A stretch of DNA of 64,000 nt from an uncultured Pseudomonadales bacterium (lineage in GTDB: Bacteria; Pseudomonadota; Gammaproteobacteria; Pseudomonadales; JBECKS01), in contig CAZKYI010000002.1 of NCBI GenBank assembly GCA_964557005.1, positions 129,526 through 193,525 on the forward strand. Reading direction: 5' to 3'. The notes under the pieces were generated by a model that made no database searches, had not been told where the DNA came from, and saw nothing but the letters and a program-made list of their open reading frames with translations. Shown here in pieces: positions 28,167-38,815 of the stretch (its first letter is position 1; each line of letters opens with the position of its first letter). A program made the translations under genes and the position numbers.

Positions 28167-30674
28167 ATGAGTGAAAGACTTATCAAACTGTATCAAAAAA
28201 TAGTTCTCGATCAGACCAAAGTCACGCTGATTATTTTTGGAATTATTTGTACCTTCTTTTTCCTCCACATTCCCAAATTTAAAAGTGATGTCTCTGCCGA
28301 TTCGTTTCTTTTGCATAATGATCCTGATCTTCTGTTTACACAAAAAATGGCAAAAAAATATGCTGGTGGTTTGGGCGGAGATTTGTTGATTATTGCCTAC
28401 ACCCCGCGTGAACATGATTTGTTCAGCCATGAAGCATTGAAGGGCATCAAAAGTCTGAGCAAGGACTTGGAAAAAATAGAGGGTGTTAATGAAGTAAGAA
28501 GTATTTTGAACATGCCCTTATTGTTCAGTCCAAAAGTGAACTTGTCTGATATAGAAGCAGGCATCAAGACTTTAAACGAACCTGATGTTGATCTTGATCT
28601 GGCTCGAAAGGAATTTCAGGATAATCCGTTTTATAAAAATGCTTTTGTCAGTCAGGACGAATTAACAACCGCCATTCTGATTACGCTTAAACCTAATGAG
28701 GAAGGTGAGCATCTCAGGCAAAAACGTGATGATTTGTTAATCAAGAAAAAGGAATTTGGCTTGAGCACGGCAGAGCAGGCACAGCTTAATGAAGTCACAC
28801 ATTCCTACATGCTTCATAAGGCAGAGTCGAACAAACGAAATGCTGAACGAATAGAAGCCATTCGCAAGGTGATGAGTGTTCATCGTGATGACGCACGCAT
28901 GTTTCTTGGTGGTGCATCAATGGTGGTTGTGGATGCGCTTTCTTTTATCAAAAACGATTTATCCAAATTTTCCATCGGTGTTGCACTGTTCATGATTATT
29001 ATGCTGGCGATCTTTTTCAGGCAACTGAGGTGGATTGTTGTGCCAATGATTTGTTGTGGAATTTCAACGCTGGTGATGGTTGGGTTTATGGGATTTCAGG
29101 ATTGGCGAGTGAATCCAATCTCATCTAATTTTGTTGCGTTGTTGTTGATTCTCACCATGTCGATTGTGATTCATCTGGTGGTGCGCTATCGCGAGCTGGT
29201 CACCTTGTATCCCGAAGAAAGCCAGCGCTTTCTTACCGCCAATACCACGCGCGCCATGTTTCGGCCGTGTTTATATATGGCTTTAACCGCCATGGTTGCT
29301 TTTACCTCTTTGACACTCAGCGGCATTGTTCCTGTGGAAAGCTTTGGTCAGGTTATGACCGTAGGTATTGGTCTGGCCACGATTATCTGCTTTATTGTCT
29401 TCCCTGCGACGCTCATGTTATTACCGGTTGAAAAAAATCAAACAGAAACCAATATCAATATGCTGATAACCGGCGTATTGGCAAAATTTTGTGAAAAATA
29501 TAGCAAGGAAATTATTGTTATCTGGATGGTGGCGCTGGGACTGTCAATTTATGGGTTCACAAAGCTCACAGTAGAAAACCGCTTTATTGATTATTTCCAC
29601 AAGCACACGGAAATTTATCAGGGCATGCTGGAAATCGACACCAAGCTTGGTGGAACCACACCGCTGGATATTATTCTGGATGCACCCGAAAGTTATTTTG
29701 AAAAAAAGGAAAATTCAGAAGATGACAGCACAGAAGATTTCGAATTTTTCGAAGATGAAGGCGATAACCCTCTTGCCGACAGTTACTGGTTTACACCAAG
29801 TCAACTGGATCGTCTGGTCAGCATTCATCAATATCTGGAATCCTTGCCTGAAACAGGGCAAATACTGTCGATTGCCTCAACCTATCAAACCGTTGTACGC
29901 CTGAACAATGACCAACCCTTTGATACGCTCAAGCTTCAATTGCTGCATAGTTTTGTGCCTGATGAACTGAAAGCCCTGATGATGAAACCCTATCTGGCAG
30001 ATGATGGAAATCAGGTGCGTTTCAGTATCCGCGTAATTGATTCACAGGAAAATCTTGAACGCAATGTGTTGTTAAAGGAACTTCATAAAAACCTGTCTGA
30101 TAAATTTGATTTGGAACCCAATCAGATTCATTTTTCCAGCTTTGTACTTTTGTATAACAATATGTTGCAAAGCCTGTTCAGTTCTCAAATCAATACACTG
30201 GGCATGGTTTTTCTGGGTATTTTTGCAATGTTTGTTGTGCTGTTTCGTTCATTCAAGCTCGCGCTGGTTGGCATCGTTCCAAATTTGTTTGCGGCGGCGC
30301 TTATTATTGGCCTTATGGGTTTGATTGGATTGCCGCTGGATTTAATGACTATTACCATTGCTGCAATTACGGTAGGTATTGGTGTTGATGACACCATTCA
30401 TTATGTTTATCGCTTTACCGAAGAATTTAAAAAAGACGGCAATTATATCAAGTCGATGGAACGCAGCCACAACTCTATCGGTGTTGCGATGTACTACACT
30501 TCGATTATTGTTGTGTTTGGTTTTTCAATTCTGGTTATTTCAAACTTTATGCCTACCGTGAACTTTGGCATGTTAACCGGCTTGGCAATGGTTGTTGCCT
30601 TAATCTCGAATCTGACATTTTTGCCTGCTTTGATAATAAAATTGCAGCCATTGGGAAAAGGAGTGGTTACGTAG
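28167..30674 (+). CDS. RND-superfamily exporter, MMPL/HpnN-like, with two sterol-sensing-type 6-TM bundles
   Basis: 835 aa with two repeats, each a large loop followed by clustered TM helices. There is no adjacent MFP or OMF gene. Confidence 0.75.
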   Translation: MSERLIKLYQKIVLDQTKVTLIIFGIICTFFFLHIPKFKSDVSADSFLLHNDPDLLFTQKMAKKYAGGLGGDLLIIAYTPREHDLFSHEALKGIKSLSKDLEKIEGVNEVRSILNMPLLFSPKVNLSDIEAGIKTLNEPDVDLDLARKEFQDNPFYKNAFVSQDELTTAILITLKPNEEGEHLRQKRDDLLIKKKEFGLSTAEQAQLNEVTHSYMLHKAESNKRNAERIEAIRKVMSVHRDDARMFLGGASMVVVDALSFIKNDLSKFSIGVALFMIIMLAIFFRQLRWIVVPMICCGISTLVMVGFMGFQDWRVNPISSNFVALLLILTMSIVIHLVVRYRELVTLYPEESQRFLTANTTRAMFRPCLYMALTAMVAFTSLTLSGIVPVESFGQVMTVGIGLATIICFIVFPATLMLLPVEKNQTETNINMLITGVLAKFCEKYSKEIIVIWMVALGLSIYGFTKLTVENRFIDYFHKHTEIYQGMLEIDTKLGGTTPLDIILDAPESYFEKKENSEDDSTEDFEFFEDEGDNPLADSYWFTPSQLDRLVSIHQYLESLPETGQILSIASTYQTVVRLNNDQPFDTLKLQLLHSFVPDELKALMMKPYLADDGNQVRFSIRVIDSQENLERNVLLKELHKNLSDKFDLEPNQIHFSSFVLLYNNMLQSLFSSQINTLGMVFLGIFAMFVVLFRSFKLALVGIVPNLFAAALIIGLMGLIGLPLDLMTITIAAITVGIGVDDTIHYVYRFTEEFKKDGNYIKSMERSHNSIGVAMYYTSIIVVFGFSILVISNFMPTVNFGMLTGLAMVVALISNLTFLPALIIKLQPLGKGVVT

Positions 30675-31251
30675 AACCAGCGGTTATTTTGAGTAGATAG
30701 TAGTTTACCTGACCTGCTTTCTTGTGTTTAAGCAGGCTCCAGTTGTCGGGCAGGTCAGCTGTTGCAAGAGTGTTGTTGTGTTCGTAAAACACGAATGTCG
30801 TACTCAAGATACTGATGTGTGAGTTGACCAAGCGAAACAGCGCATTGGCATCGTAAAGTGCATAGGGCGGATCAAGAAAAATAATATCAAAACAAGCGCC
30901 CTGATTTTTCTCCAGATAATTTTCTGCTGAACAACAGTGAATGTGTGAGATGTTACTGTTCAACGTCTTGAGTGAGTATTCGATGGCCTTGGCAGCTTGC
31001 GGATTGCTCTCCACCATTTCCACACGACTTGCGCCTCTTGATAAAGCTTCAATGCCCAAAGCACCGCTGCCTGAAAACAAATCGAGGCATTGGCTTCCTT
31101 CAATATAAGGTGCCAGCCAGTTAAACAGGGTTTCACGAATGCGTGAGCTTGTCGGGCGAAGCCCGTCGGTATCAGGGAAACCTAATTTTCGACTACGCCA
31201 TTGCCCGCCAATAATACGTAAGCTTTGTTGTGAATGTTGAGCCATGGCCAA
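30667..31251 (-). CDS. rsmD: 16S rRNA (guanine966-N2)-methyltransferase
   Basis: LRIIGGQWRSRKL..GLRPTSSRIRETLFNWL, and DPPY. Confidence 0.9.
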   Translation of the reverse strand: MAMAQHSQQSLRIIGGQWRSRKLGFPDTDGLRPTSSRIRETLFNWLAPYIEGSQCLDLFSGSGALGIEALSRGASRVEMVESNPQAAKAIEYSLKTLNSNISHIHCCSAENYLEKNQGACFDIIFLDPPYALYDANALFRLVNSHISILSTTFVFYEHNNTLATADLPDNWSLLKHKKAGQVNYYLLKITAGST

Positions 31252-31331
31252 CGGTACCCCTGAAACAGTTTGAGTGATAGCATAGCTGCCGATTTCGATG
31301 ATTATTTTTATACAAATTTTAGTGAGTTCAA

Positions 31332-32357
31332 ATGCTGGGTTTCAAAAAAAAATCTAATCCTTCTGCCGAAACATCTGTCAGTAATACGCTTGTTGAGCAA
31401 GGTTCATCAGATTTGGTTCAGGACACTACAGACGGCTTTTTTTCCAGGATGAAAAAGGGTCTTGGAAAAACACGTGCCAGCTTTACTAAAGGCATGGGTG
31501 ATTTGTTATTGGGGCGTAAGGAAATTGATGATGATTTGCTGGAAGAAATTGAAACCCAACTGTTGATGGCCGATGTCGGTGTAGAAGCAACCAGAAAAAT
31601 TATTGGTGCAATTACGGAACAAGTTGCACGCAAGGAATTATTGTTCGCAGATGCCCTGCTCGACAAGCTTAAGGAGGAGATGCTTTCAATATTGAAAGTA
31701 AATCAGAATGAAAAAACCTTTGAAGATTTTAGTCAGGCAAAACCTTATGTATTGATGGTCGTGGGTGTAAACGGTGTAGGTAAAACCACTACCATTGGAA
31801 AACTGAGCAAGCGTTACCAGTCTCAAGGAAAGCAAGTGCTACTCGCAGCAGGAGACACCTTTCGTGCAGCCGCTGTTGAACAATTACAAACCTGGGGAGA
31901 GCGTAACAATGTGTCTGTTATCGCACAGCATACCGGCGCAGACAGCGCGTCGGTGATTTTTGATGCCTTTCAGTCTGCGCAAGCACGAGGCAGTGATATT
32001 CTGATTGCCGATACCGCAGGGCGTTTACATAACAAAAGCAATTTGATGGAAGAATTGGCGAAAGTCAGGCGCGTATTAAAAAAACTCGATGAAAACGCAC
32101 CACACGAAGTAATGCTGGTGATTGATGCGAGTACCGGACAGAACGCGGTGAATCAGGTGATTCAATTCAGAGATGCAGTGGGGCTTGATTCACTTGCACT
32201 CACCAAGCTTGATGGCACTGCAAAAGGTGGTGTGGTATTTGCTATTGCTGAGCAGTGCAAGGTACCCATCAAGTATATTGGTGTGGGCGAGAAGGTTGAT
32301 GATTTACGACCTTTTGATTACCAGCAATTTGTTGATGCACTGTTTGAAAATGATTAG
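31332..32357 (+). CDS. ftsY: signal recognition particle receptor FtsY
   Basis: GVNGVGKTTTIGKL, DTAGR and TKLDGTAKGG, followed by ftsE-ftsX. Confidence 0.95.
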   Translation: MLGFKKKSNPSAETSVSNTLVEQGSSDLVQDTTDGFFSRMKKGLGKTRASFTKGMGDLLLGRKEIDDDLLEEIETQLLMADVGVEATRKIIGAITEQVARKELLFADALLDKLKEEMLSILKVNQNEKTFEDFSQAKPYVLMVVGVNGVGKTTTIGKLSKRYQSQGKQVLLAAGDTFRAAAVEQLQTWGERNNVSVIAQHTGADSASVIFDAFQSAQARGSDILIADTAGRLHNKSNLMEELAKVRRVLKKLDENAPHEVMLVIDASTGQNAVNQVIQFRDAVGLDSLALTKLDGTAKGGVVFAIAEQCKVPIKYIGVGEKVDDLRPFDYQQFVDALFEND

Positions 32358-32366
32358 ATTCATTCC

Positions 32367-33047
32367 ATGATTCAATTTCAAAATGTATTCAAGCGTTATC
32401 CCGAAACCGGTCAGGATGCCTTGAGCAATATCAGCCTTGAGTTACATTCGGGAGAATTGGCTTTTCTAACAGGCCATTCTGGTGCCGGAAAAAGTACCTT
32501 GCTCAAATTGATTATGCTTACCGAGCGCGCCACACGCGGGCAAGTGATTGTGAATCACAAAAATCTCAATCAGGTTGCGGTGAGAGATATTCCTTATCAC
32601 AGGCGTAATCTCGGTGTGGTGTTCCAGAACCACCAGTTGTTAGCCGATAGAACAGTATTTGAAAATGTTGCGCTGCCTTTGCAGATTTCGGGTTATTCAC
32701 AAACCGATATTGGTAAGCGTGTTCGTGCTGCTCTGGATAAAGTAGGCCTGCTGCATAAAGAAAAAATGTTTCCCTTGATGCTTTCAGGTGGTGAGCAACA
32801 AAGAGTGGGTATTGCGCGTGCAGTGGTCAACAAGCCTTTAATTTTGTTGGCTGATGAACCCACAGGAAACCTCGACCCTGAGCTTTCCGCAGAAATCATG
32901 GATTTATTTCAACAGTTTGCACAAGTGGGTGTGTGCGTGCTGATTGCAACCCATGATTTATCCCTGATTGCGCAATACAGCCATCACTTGCTCACACTTA
33001 AAGATGGCAGGCTGATAGCCGAGAAAAATCGGGAAGGTGAGTTGTGA
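32367..33047 (+). CDS. ftsE: cell-division ABC ATPase FtsE
   Basis: GHSGAGKSTL, LSGGEQQRVGIARA and LLADEPTGNLD. Confidence 0.95.
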   Translation: MIQFQNVFKRYPETGQDALSNISLELHSGELAFLTGHSGAGKSTLLKLIMLTERATRGQVIVNHKNLNQVAVRDIPYHRRNLGVVFQNHQLLADRTVFENVALPLQISGYSQTDIGKRVRAALDKVGLLHKEKMFPLMLSGGEQQRVGIARAVVNKPLILLADEPTGNLDPELSAEIMDLFQQFAQVGVCVLIATHDLSLIAQYSHHLLTLKDGRLIAEKNREGEL

Positions 33048-33994
33048 CTAAAGTTCGTCGTCAGCCAAACTCCCTTTCAGATCGCTTAAAGAGTTTTTTA
33101 TTGGCACACAGACAGGAAGCCAAAAAAAGCGCTGCAAGAATTCGCGCTTCCAGTTCCACCAGCGTGTTAACCATGCTGGTGATTGCCATTTCTCTGGCCT
33201 TGCCCAGTGCCTTGCATCTTTTACTGAATAATACGCAGTCCTTGCTAAACAGCTGGGATCAACAAAATAACCTCACCCTGTTTCTGGATCTGGATTTAAG
33301 TGAGCAGGCAGGGCGTTCACTCGAGAGTAAACTGGCCGAATGGCCGACAATAAAAGACACACGTTATATCAGTGCCACACAGGCGCTTGAAGATTTCAGG
33401 AAAAGCTCTGGTCTGGAACACATTCTGGAAAGCCTTGATAAAAACCCGTTACCGGCAGCGATTGTAATTCAGCCCTTGAATGCCGATGTTCAGGCTCTGC
33501 GCACCTTGCAACAACAACTGCAAGCCATGTCAGGCGTTGAGTCATTGGTGGTGGATACCGCATGGATTGCCCGCCTCAATGCCATTCTGGATTTGGGCAA
33601 GCGCTTTATTCTGGCCCTGGCTTTTGCCTTGTCGTGTGCAGTTTTGCTGGTGATTTTCAACACCATTCGTTTGGCGATTGCCAACCGTGCCGATGAAATC
33701 CTGATTACCAAACTGGTGGGTGCCACCGATGCCTATGTGAGGAGACCGTTTCTATACACAGGTGCCTGGTTCGGTCTTGGTGGCGGCGTGCTGGCGCTGG
33801 TGTTGGCCGAAACCCTGATTATCGTATTGCAGCCCCCTGTTTCTACCCTGGCAACCCTCTATAACAGTGATTTTTACCTGCAAGGTGTCGGGCCGCTTGA
33901 GCTGCTGATAGTGCCCTTCGCAGGCTTGTGCATTGGCATCATGGGCGCATTTATTGCGGTCAGCCAGCACTTGAGGGAGTACCACCCTCAGTAG
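33044..33994 (+). CDS. ftsX: cell-division permease-like protein FtsX
   Basis: 4-TM FtsX architecture with a periplasmic domain. Its start overlaps the ftsE stop. Confidence 0.9.
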   Translation: MTKVRRQPNSLSDRLKSFLLAHRQEAKKSAARIRASSSTSVLTMLVIAISLALPSALHLLLNNTQSLLNSWDQQNNLTLFLDLDLSEQAGRSLESKLAEWPTIKDTRYISATQALEDFRKSSGLEHILESLDKNPLPAAIVIQPLNADVQALRTLQQQLQAMSGVESLVVDTAWIARLNAILDLGKRFILALAFALSCAVLLVIFNTIRLAIANRADEILITKLVGATDAYVRRPFLYTGAWFGLGGGVLALVLAETLIIVLQPPVSTLATLYNSDFYLQGVGPLELLIVPFAGLCIGIMGAFIAVSQHLREYHPQ

Positions 33995-34022
33995 CTTTCC
34001 CTCCCTGATACTCTCTTAAAAA

Positions 34023-34050
34023 GGAACCTTTCGAATATTTGGCACTCTCA
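34023..34050 (+). promoter_or_regulatory. candidate sigmaE (RpoE)-type promoter upstream of rpoH
   Basis: GGAACCT (34023-34029), 16 nt, then TCTCA (34046-34050). This resembles the GGAACTT-N16-TCTGA consensus known for rpoH P3 in enterics. Confidence 0.4.
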
Positions 34051-34122
34051 TGATCAGAGTGCTAAGATGATAGCAGCGTGAAAAACGTGAAGAGTTGGAC
34101 AAAATAACCCTTGGAGAAAGCA

Positions 34123-34977
34123 ATGAAAAACAGAAGTCTGCAATTAGTGAATATCGGTGTACCCGGTGCAGATCTGGATGCCTACATTCGATCGGTAGGC
34201 AGCATTCCTGTACTGAGTGTTGAAGAAGAAACAGAGCTGGCCGAGCGCCTCTATTTTGACGGTGATCTGGAAGCTGCCCGACAGTTGGTGATGTCGAATC
34301 TGCGCTTTGTGATTCATATTGCCAAGACTTATCAGGGCTATGGCCTTCCTTTCGGTGACATTATTCAGGAAGGCAATGTGGGATTGATGAAGGCAGTGAA
34401 ACGCTTTGACCCGACACAGGGTGTGCGTCTGGTTTCCTATGCCGTGCACTGGATCAAGGCGGAAATCCATGAATACGTTATTCGCAACTGGCGGATTGTT
34501 AAAATTGCCACTACCAAACCGCAGCGCAAATTGTTTTTCAATCTGCGTTCCATGAAAAAAAGCAGTGAGCGTTTGAGTCTTGATGAAGCCCAGGCGATTG
34601 CTTTGGACTTGGGTGTGAGCGTGAATGATGTGCAGGAAATGGAAACCCGTTTGAGCAGCCATGATGCAACCTTTGATGTGCCTGTTGATGAAAGTGAAGA
34701 AAAAGTTTTTTCACCTTCCCTGTATCTGGAAGCCGAGGGTGCCAATCCCGAAGAGGCACTGGCTATTGAACGAGATGGCAACAATTATAATGAACAACTT
34801 CTGGAAGCACTTGAACAACTGGACGAGCGTAGTCGCGATATTTTGCAAACGCGCTGGTTGAATGATAACAAGTTGACACTGCATGATTTGGCTGCGAAGT
34901 ATGATGTTTCTGCCGAACGTGTGAGACAGATTGAAGTTGCAGCCATGAAGAAACTGAAAAACATGATTTCAGTTTAA
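34123..34977 (+). CDS. rpoH: RNA polymerase sigma-32 (heat-shock sigma factor)
   Basis: LVMSNLRFVIHIAK, GNVGLMKAVKRFDP, and the RpoH box QRKLFFNLR. I prefer the ATG at 34123 over the TTG at 34111. Confidence 0.95.
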   Translation: MKNRSLQLVNIGVPGADLDAYIRSVGSIPVLSVEEETELAERLYFDGDLEAARQLVMSNLRFVIHIAKTYQGYGLPFGDIIQEGNVGLMKAVKRFDPTQGVRLVSYAVHWIKAEIHEYVIRNWRIVKIATTKPQRKLFFNLRSMKKSSERLSLDEAQAIALDLGVSVNDVQEMETRLSSHDATFDVPVDESEEKVFSPSLYLEAEGANPEEALAIERDGNNYNEQLLEALEQLDERSRDILQTRWLNDNKLTLHDLAAKYDVSAERVRQIEVAAMKKLKNMISV

Positions 34978-34994
34978 CAGGCAAAAAGTTATAA

Positions 34995-35027
34995 AAAGGC
35001 TACAGGATTTATTCTGTGGCCTTTTTT
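34995..35027 (+). terminator. rho-independent terminator after rpoH
   Basis: Stem GGCTACAG/CTGTGGCC with one G-T pair, followed by TTTTTT. Confidence 0.75.
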
Positions 35028-35061
35028 ATTATTGGCTGGGTGATATTAAGCAGAACTGTAT

Positions 35062-35262
35062 ATGCGAGTAACGATTAACGGAGAACAGCAAACGCTTGAA
35101 CAGGGTACAGATATTGCGAGCCTGCTCGTTCAATTAGGTGTGCAGGGTAAAAGAATTGCGGTTGAATTGAATGAAGAAATTATTCCTGCGAGTGCACATG
35201 CGCATACCCTGCTCGCTGAAAATGATTGTCTTGAAATTGTTCACGCCATTGGTGGTGGTTAG
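35062..35262 (+). CDS. thiS: sulfur-carrier protein ThiS
   Basis: 66 aa ending in GG, immediately upstream of thiG. Confidence 0.9.
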   Translation: MRVTINGEQQTLEQGTDIASLLVQLGVQGKRIAVELNEEIIPASAHAHTLLAENDCLEIVHAIGGG

Positions 35263-35264
35263 TT

Positions 35265-36047
35265 ATGCAAAATGATCAACTGGTTTTGGGAAAGCGTCAC
35301 TTTCAATCTCGTCTGCTGGTTGGCACGGGAAAATATAAAAGTCTGGATGAAACCAAGGCAGCGATTGTAGCAAGTGGCGCAGAAATTGTGACAGTTGCTG
35401 TGCGCAGAACCAATATTGGTCAGAATCAGAATGAGCCAAATTTACTCGATGTAATTTCTCCCACACAGTACACCATCTTACCCAATACAGCCGGTTGTTA
35501 TGATGCCAAAGCAGCCATCAGAACCTGCAAGTTGGCGCGGGAATTATTAGACGGACATCAACTGGTAAAGCTGGAAGTGTTGGGTGATCAGAGAACATTG
35601 TACCCGAATGTCACAGAAACGCTGCTTGCTTGTGAAGCGCTCATTGCAGATGGCTTTGAAGTGATGGTTTATACCAGTGATGATCCCATTCTTGCCAAAC
35701 GCTTTGAAGAAATGGGCTGTATTGCTGTGATGCCACTGGCAGCGCCGATTGGTTCGGGGCTGGGGGTGTGTAACCCGTATAACATTCGCATCATACTGGA
35801 AAATGCGAAGGTGCCCATTATTGTTGATGCAGGTGTAGGCACGGCTTCCGATGCGGCGATTGCCATGGAACTGGGGTGTGAAGGCGTGTTGATGAATACC
35901 GCGATTGCCGCAGCAAAACATCCTGTACTGATGGCTTCTGCGATGAAAAAAGCAGTGGAAGCAGGGCGGGAAGCTTTTCTTGCCGGACGTATGCCCAAAA
36001 AATTATACGCCAGTGCATCTTCACCGATAGAAGGCTTGATTATCTGA
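35265..36047 (+). CDS. thiG: thiazole synthase
   Basis: [26 protein letters not shown] and [12 protein letters not shown]. Confidence 0.95.
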   Translation: MQNDQLVLGKRHFQSRLLVGTGKYKSLDETKAAIVASGAEIVTVAVRRTNIGQNQNEPNLLDVISPTQYTILPNTAGCYDAKAAIRTCKLARELLDGHQLVKLEVLGDQRTLYPNVTETLLACEALIADGFEVMVYTSDDPILAKRFEEMGCIAVMPLAAPIGSGLGVCNPYNIRIILENAKVPIIVDAGVGTASDAAIAMELGCEGVLMNTAIAAAKHPVLMASAMKKAVEAGREAFLAGRMPKKLYASASSPIEGLII

Positions 36048-36063
36048 GTTCAGATTTTCCCTC

Positions 36064-36762
36064 ATGGTGACTGATTCAAAACAACATTACCGTACGGTTC
36101 GCTCCTTTGTATTAAGGCAAGGACGCATGACCAAAGCCCAGGAGCAGGCTTTAGAACAGCTTTGGCCAAAATTTGGCCTGGAATTTAAAAAGGAAGCATT
36201 AAATTTTTCTGCCTTGTTTGAAAATCACGCAGCAAAACTGATTGTAGAAATCGGTTTTGGTAATGGAAAAAGTCTGGCGCAGATGGCGGCGAATGCACCT
36301 GATAAAAATTTTATCGGTATTGAAGTGCACAAACCTGGTGTGGGCGCTTTATTGATGGAGATTGAAAAATTGCAATTAAGCAATTTACGTTGCATTAACC
36401 ATGATGCACTGGAAGTATTTGAACATATGTTTCCTGATAACAGTATTGATGGCATCAATTTATTTTTCCCCGACCCTTGGCCAAAAAAGAGACATCACAA
36501 GCGTCGTATTGTTAAAACAGAATTTTTGAATTTGCTTGCCAAAAAAATGAAAGTTGGTGCGCGATTTCATATGGCGACCGATTGGCAAGCCTACGCAGAA
36601 GATGCGATGGAAGTATTAAGCACGTTTGATGCGTTTGAAAATGAAAGTGTATCAGGACAGTTTTCTGAAAAACCTGATTATCGTCCTAAAACCAGATTTG
36701 AACAGCGCGGGGAAAATCTGGGGCACGGCGTATGGGATTTGTTATTCAGGCGAAGCGTATAA
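36064..36762 (+). CDS. trmB: tRNA (guanine46-N7)-methyltransferase
   Basis: EIGFGNG, GIEVH and FPDPWPKKRHHKRR. Confidence 0.95.
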   Translation: MVTDSKQHYRTVRSFVLRQGRMTKAQEQALEQLWPKFGLEFKKEALNFSALFENHAAKLIVEIGFGNGKSLAQMAANAPDKNFIGIEVHKPGVGALLMEIEKLQLSNLRCINHDALEVFEHMFPDNSIDGINLFFPDPWPKKRHHKRRIVKTEFLNLLAKKMKVGARFHMATDWQAYAEDAMEVLSTFDAFENESVSGQFSEKPDYRPKTRFEQRGENLGHGVWDLLFRRSV

Positions 36763-36769
36763 GCTTGCA

Positions 36770-38038
36770 TCAGGTCAGAAAAATACCTTTGAACATGTAG
36801 AAAAATAAAATCGACAGTACGGCGCCGATAGGCAGAGTAACAATCCAGGAAGTGAAAATCATACCGACTACTTTCAGGTCGATAGCGCCAATACCACGCG
36901 CCATACCTACACCCAATACCGCACCGACCAGAACATGTGTCGTAGACACCGGAATACCTAAGGCAGATGCGCTTACTACTGTTGCTGCGGCAGACAGTTC
37001 CGCAGCAAAACCTCTTGAAGGTGTCAGCTCGGTAATTTTTTTGCCAAGGGTTGCAATTACCCGATACCCCAGCGTGGCGAGGCCAACCACAATGCCGATG
37101 CCGCCAAGCAATAATATCCAGGGCGGCATAACCGAATCTGCAAGCACCTGACCATTATGTTCAATCACGCTCACCACCGCTGCCAGAGGACCGACAGCGT
37201 TTGCTACATCATTTGAGCCATGTGCGAACGCCATCGCACAAGCGGTAAATACCATTAATACCGCAAAAACTTTTTCTACGTTGTCAAAACGGTTTTTAAA
37301 ATTTTCGATGGGTTTGGGTTCAATTCTGGATAACAAAATCTTCCCTATAACAGCAATGACTACGCCACCGATAAATGCGTACAAGAGACTTTGAGCCACG
37401 CTTAAATCAAGACCAACATGTGCAAGCCCTTTCACAAAGGTGAACAGGGTAATCAGAAAGCCCGTCAAAAACATGTAGAACGGCACATAGGTTTTTGCTT
37501 TTTCAAAAGGGTCTTTCTGGTTAAGAATTAAAATCTGTACGCTTTTGAATAACAAAAAAGCAATCGTGGCAGAAATAAGTGGGGAAGTAAGCCAGCTCAG
37601 TGCAATGGCACCCACTTTGGACCAGGCCACGGCATTGATACCGACACTTACAACAGAAAAGCCAATAATCGCACCGACAATGGAATGCGTTGTGGAAACC
37701 GGCCAGCCGAAAATTGAAGCAATTAACAACCAGATACCGGCAGCCAGCAAAGATGACATCATGCCAAAAATCAGTAATTCAGGGTGTTCTCCCAATACTT
37801 CCGTGTCGATGATGCCTTTTTGAATGGTTGCTGTAACTTCACCACCCGCCAGATAAGCACCTGCAAATTCAAACACCATCGCAATCAGAATGGCCTGCTT
37901 TATGGTAATCGCTTTGGAACCAACCGATGTTCCCATGGCATTGGCAACATCGTTTGCACCAACACCCCAGGCCATGAAGAAGGCAAAACAGCAAGTGATA
38001 ACCAAAAGAATAAAGCCGTAATTAGCAATAATATCCAT
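36770..38038 (-). CDS. inorganic phosphate transporter, PiT family
   Basis: GANDVANAMGTSVGS and GSNDVANAVGP are the duplicated PHO4 signature. The protein is 422 aa. Confidence 0.95.
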   Translation of the reverse strand: MDIIANYGFILLVITCCFAFFMAWGVGANDVANAMGTSVGSKAITIKQAILIAMVFEFAGAYLAGGEVTATIQKGIIDTEVLGEHPELLIFGMMSSLLAAGIWLLIASIFGWPVSTTHSIVGAIIGFSVVSVGINAVAWSKVGAIALSWLTSPLISATIAFLLFKSVQILILNQKDPFEKAKTYVPFYMFLTGFLITLFTFVKGLAHVGLDLSVAQSLLYAFIGGVVIAVIGKILLSRIEPKPIENFKNRFDNVEKVFAVLMVFTACAMAFAHGSNDVANAVGPLAAVVSVIEHNGQVLADSVMPPWILLLGGIGIVVGLATLGYRVIATLGKKITELTPSRGFAAELSAAATVVSASALGIPVSTTHVLVGAVLGVGMARGIGAIDLKVVGMIFTSWIVTLPIGAVLSILFFYMFKGIFLT

Positions 38039-38066
38039 AACAAAAGCTCAGGTAGTCAGGGGTGTA

Positions 38067-38750
38067 TTAGCGTGCAACGATAACGTGAATCTGGTCGCCT
38101 ACTTTTTCGGCCATATCTGCAAGGTTTCCTATCAGTTCAAAAATTTTATACAGGAACATTACATCAATGGGGGACATGTCATTTTCAATTTTGTGCAGTG
38201 CAGAGCGAATCTCAATTTGATAACCGTCAGATTTTGATTCGAACTCTTCAAGCTTGGTAATCAGGTTTTCAATCCATTCAATTTCCCTGCCACCAAAACC
38301 GGTTTCAACCAGCTCATCAAGCTCGTGAACGATGGTGTGTGCTTCGCTTACCGTTTCGAGTGAAGCAGCAACATAGGGTTCCAATAAAGGGCGAATCGTT
38401 TCAGGGATACGCATTTTTCTGCCGAGCATCGTGCCCGCAATATCCTTCGCACAATTTGCGACTTGATCTTGTCTTGATAACAAAATCAGCAAGTCATTTC
38501 TGTTGATGGGCATGAACAGGCTTTTGGGTAAATTGAGGCGAATATTTTTTTTGTATTCGTCGGCTTCATGTTCAAGATCACGAATGATTTGGTAAACCGA
38601 TTTGGCCTTGTCCCAGTCATTGGCACAGGCGCTGGCAAAAAAATCGGTGAGTTGTTCTGCACATTGTTGAACCTTGCTCATGTGCTGTTGAAGCGGGCGA
38701 ATGGGGGATTGACTAAACAGTTTAACGAAGGCATTGCCTGGCATAAGCAT
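38067..38750 (-). CDS. DUF47 / TIGR00153 PhoU-like protein, the usual PiT partner
   Basis: About 225 aa, with an FSQSPIRPLQQH start and an H.ADEYKK pattern. It is adjacent to and co-oriented with PiT. Confidence 0.8.
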   Translation of the reverse strand: MLMPGNAFVKLFSQSPIRPLQQHMSKVQQCAEQLTDFFASACANDWDKAKSVYQIIRDLEHEADEYKKNIRLNLPKSLFMPINRNDLLILLSRQDQVANCAKDIAGTMLGRKMRIPETIRPLLEPYVAASLETVSEAHTIVHELDELVETGFGGREIEWIENLITKLEEFESKSDGYQIEIRSALHKIENDMSPIDVMFLYKIFELIGNLADMAEKVGDQIHVIVAR

Positions 38751-38815
38751 CTCGCAGGATTGGATATGAAATCCTGCGGGATTATAAACAGGCGGGCTTG
38801 GGTGAGCTAGACAAA

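Noticed and set aside
34040-34055. TGGCAC-N5-TGAT upstream of rpoH, considered as a sigma54 promoter.
   Set aside because: The -12 element is GA/TGAT rather than TTGC. The same bases are better explained as the spacer and -10 of a sigmaE-type promoter.
34978-35061. A search for a TPP riboswitch upstream of thiS-thiG.
   Set aside because: The 84-nt spacer is mostly the rpoH terminator. It has no CTGAGA or ACCTGATCTGGATAATGCCAGCG-like THI-box elements.
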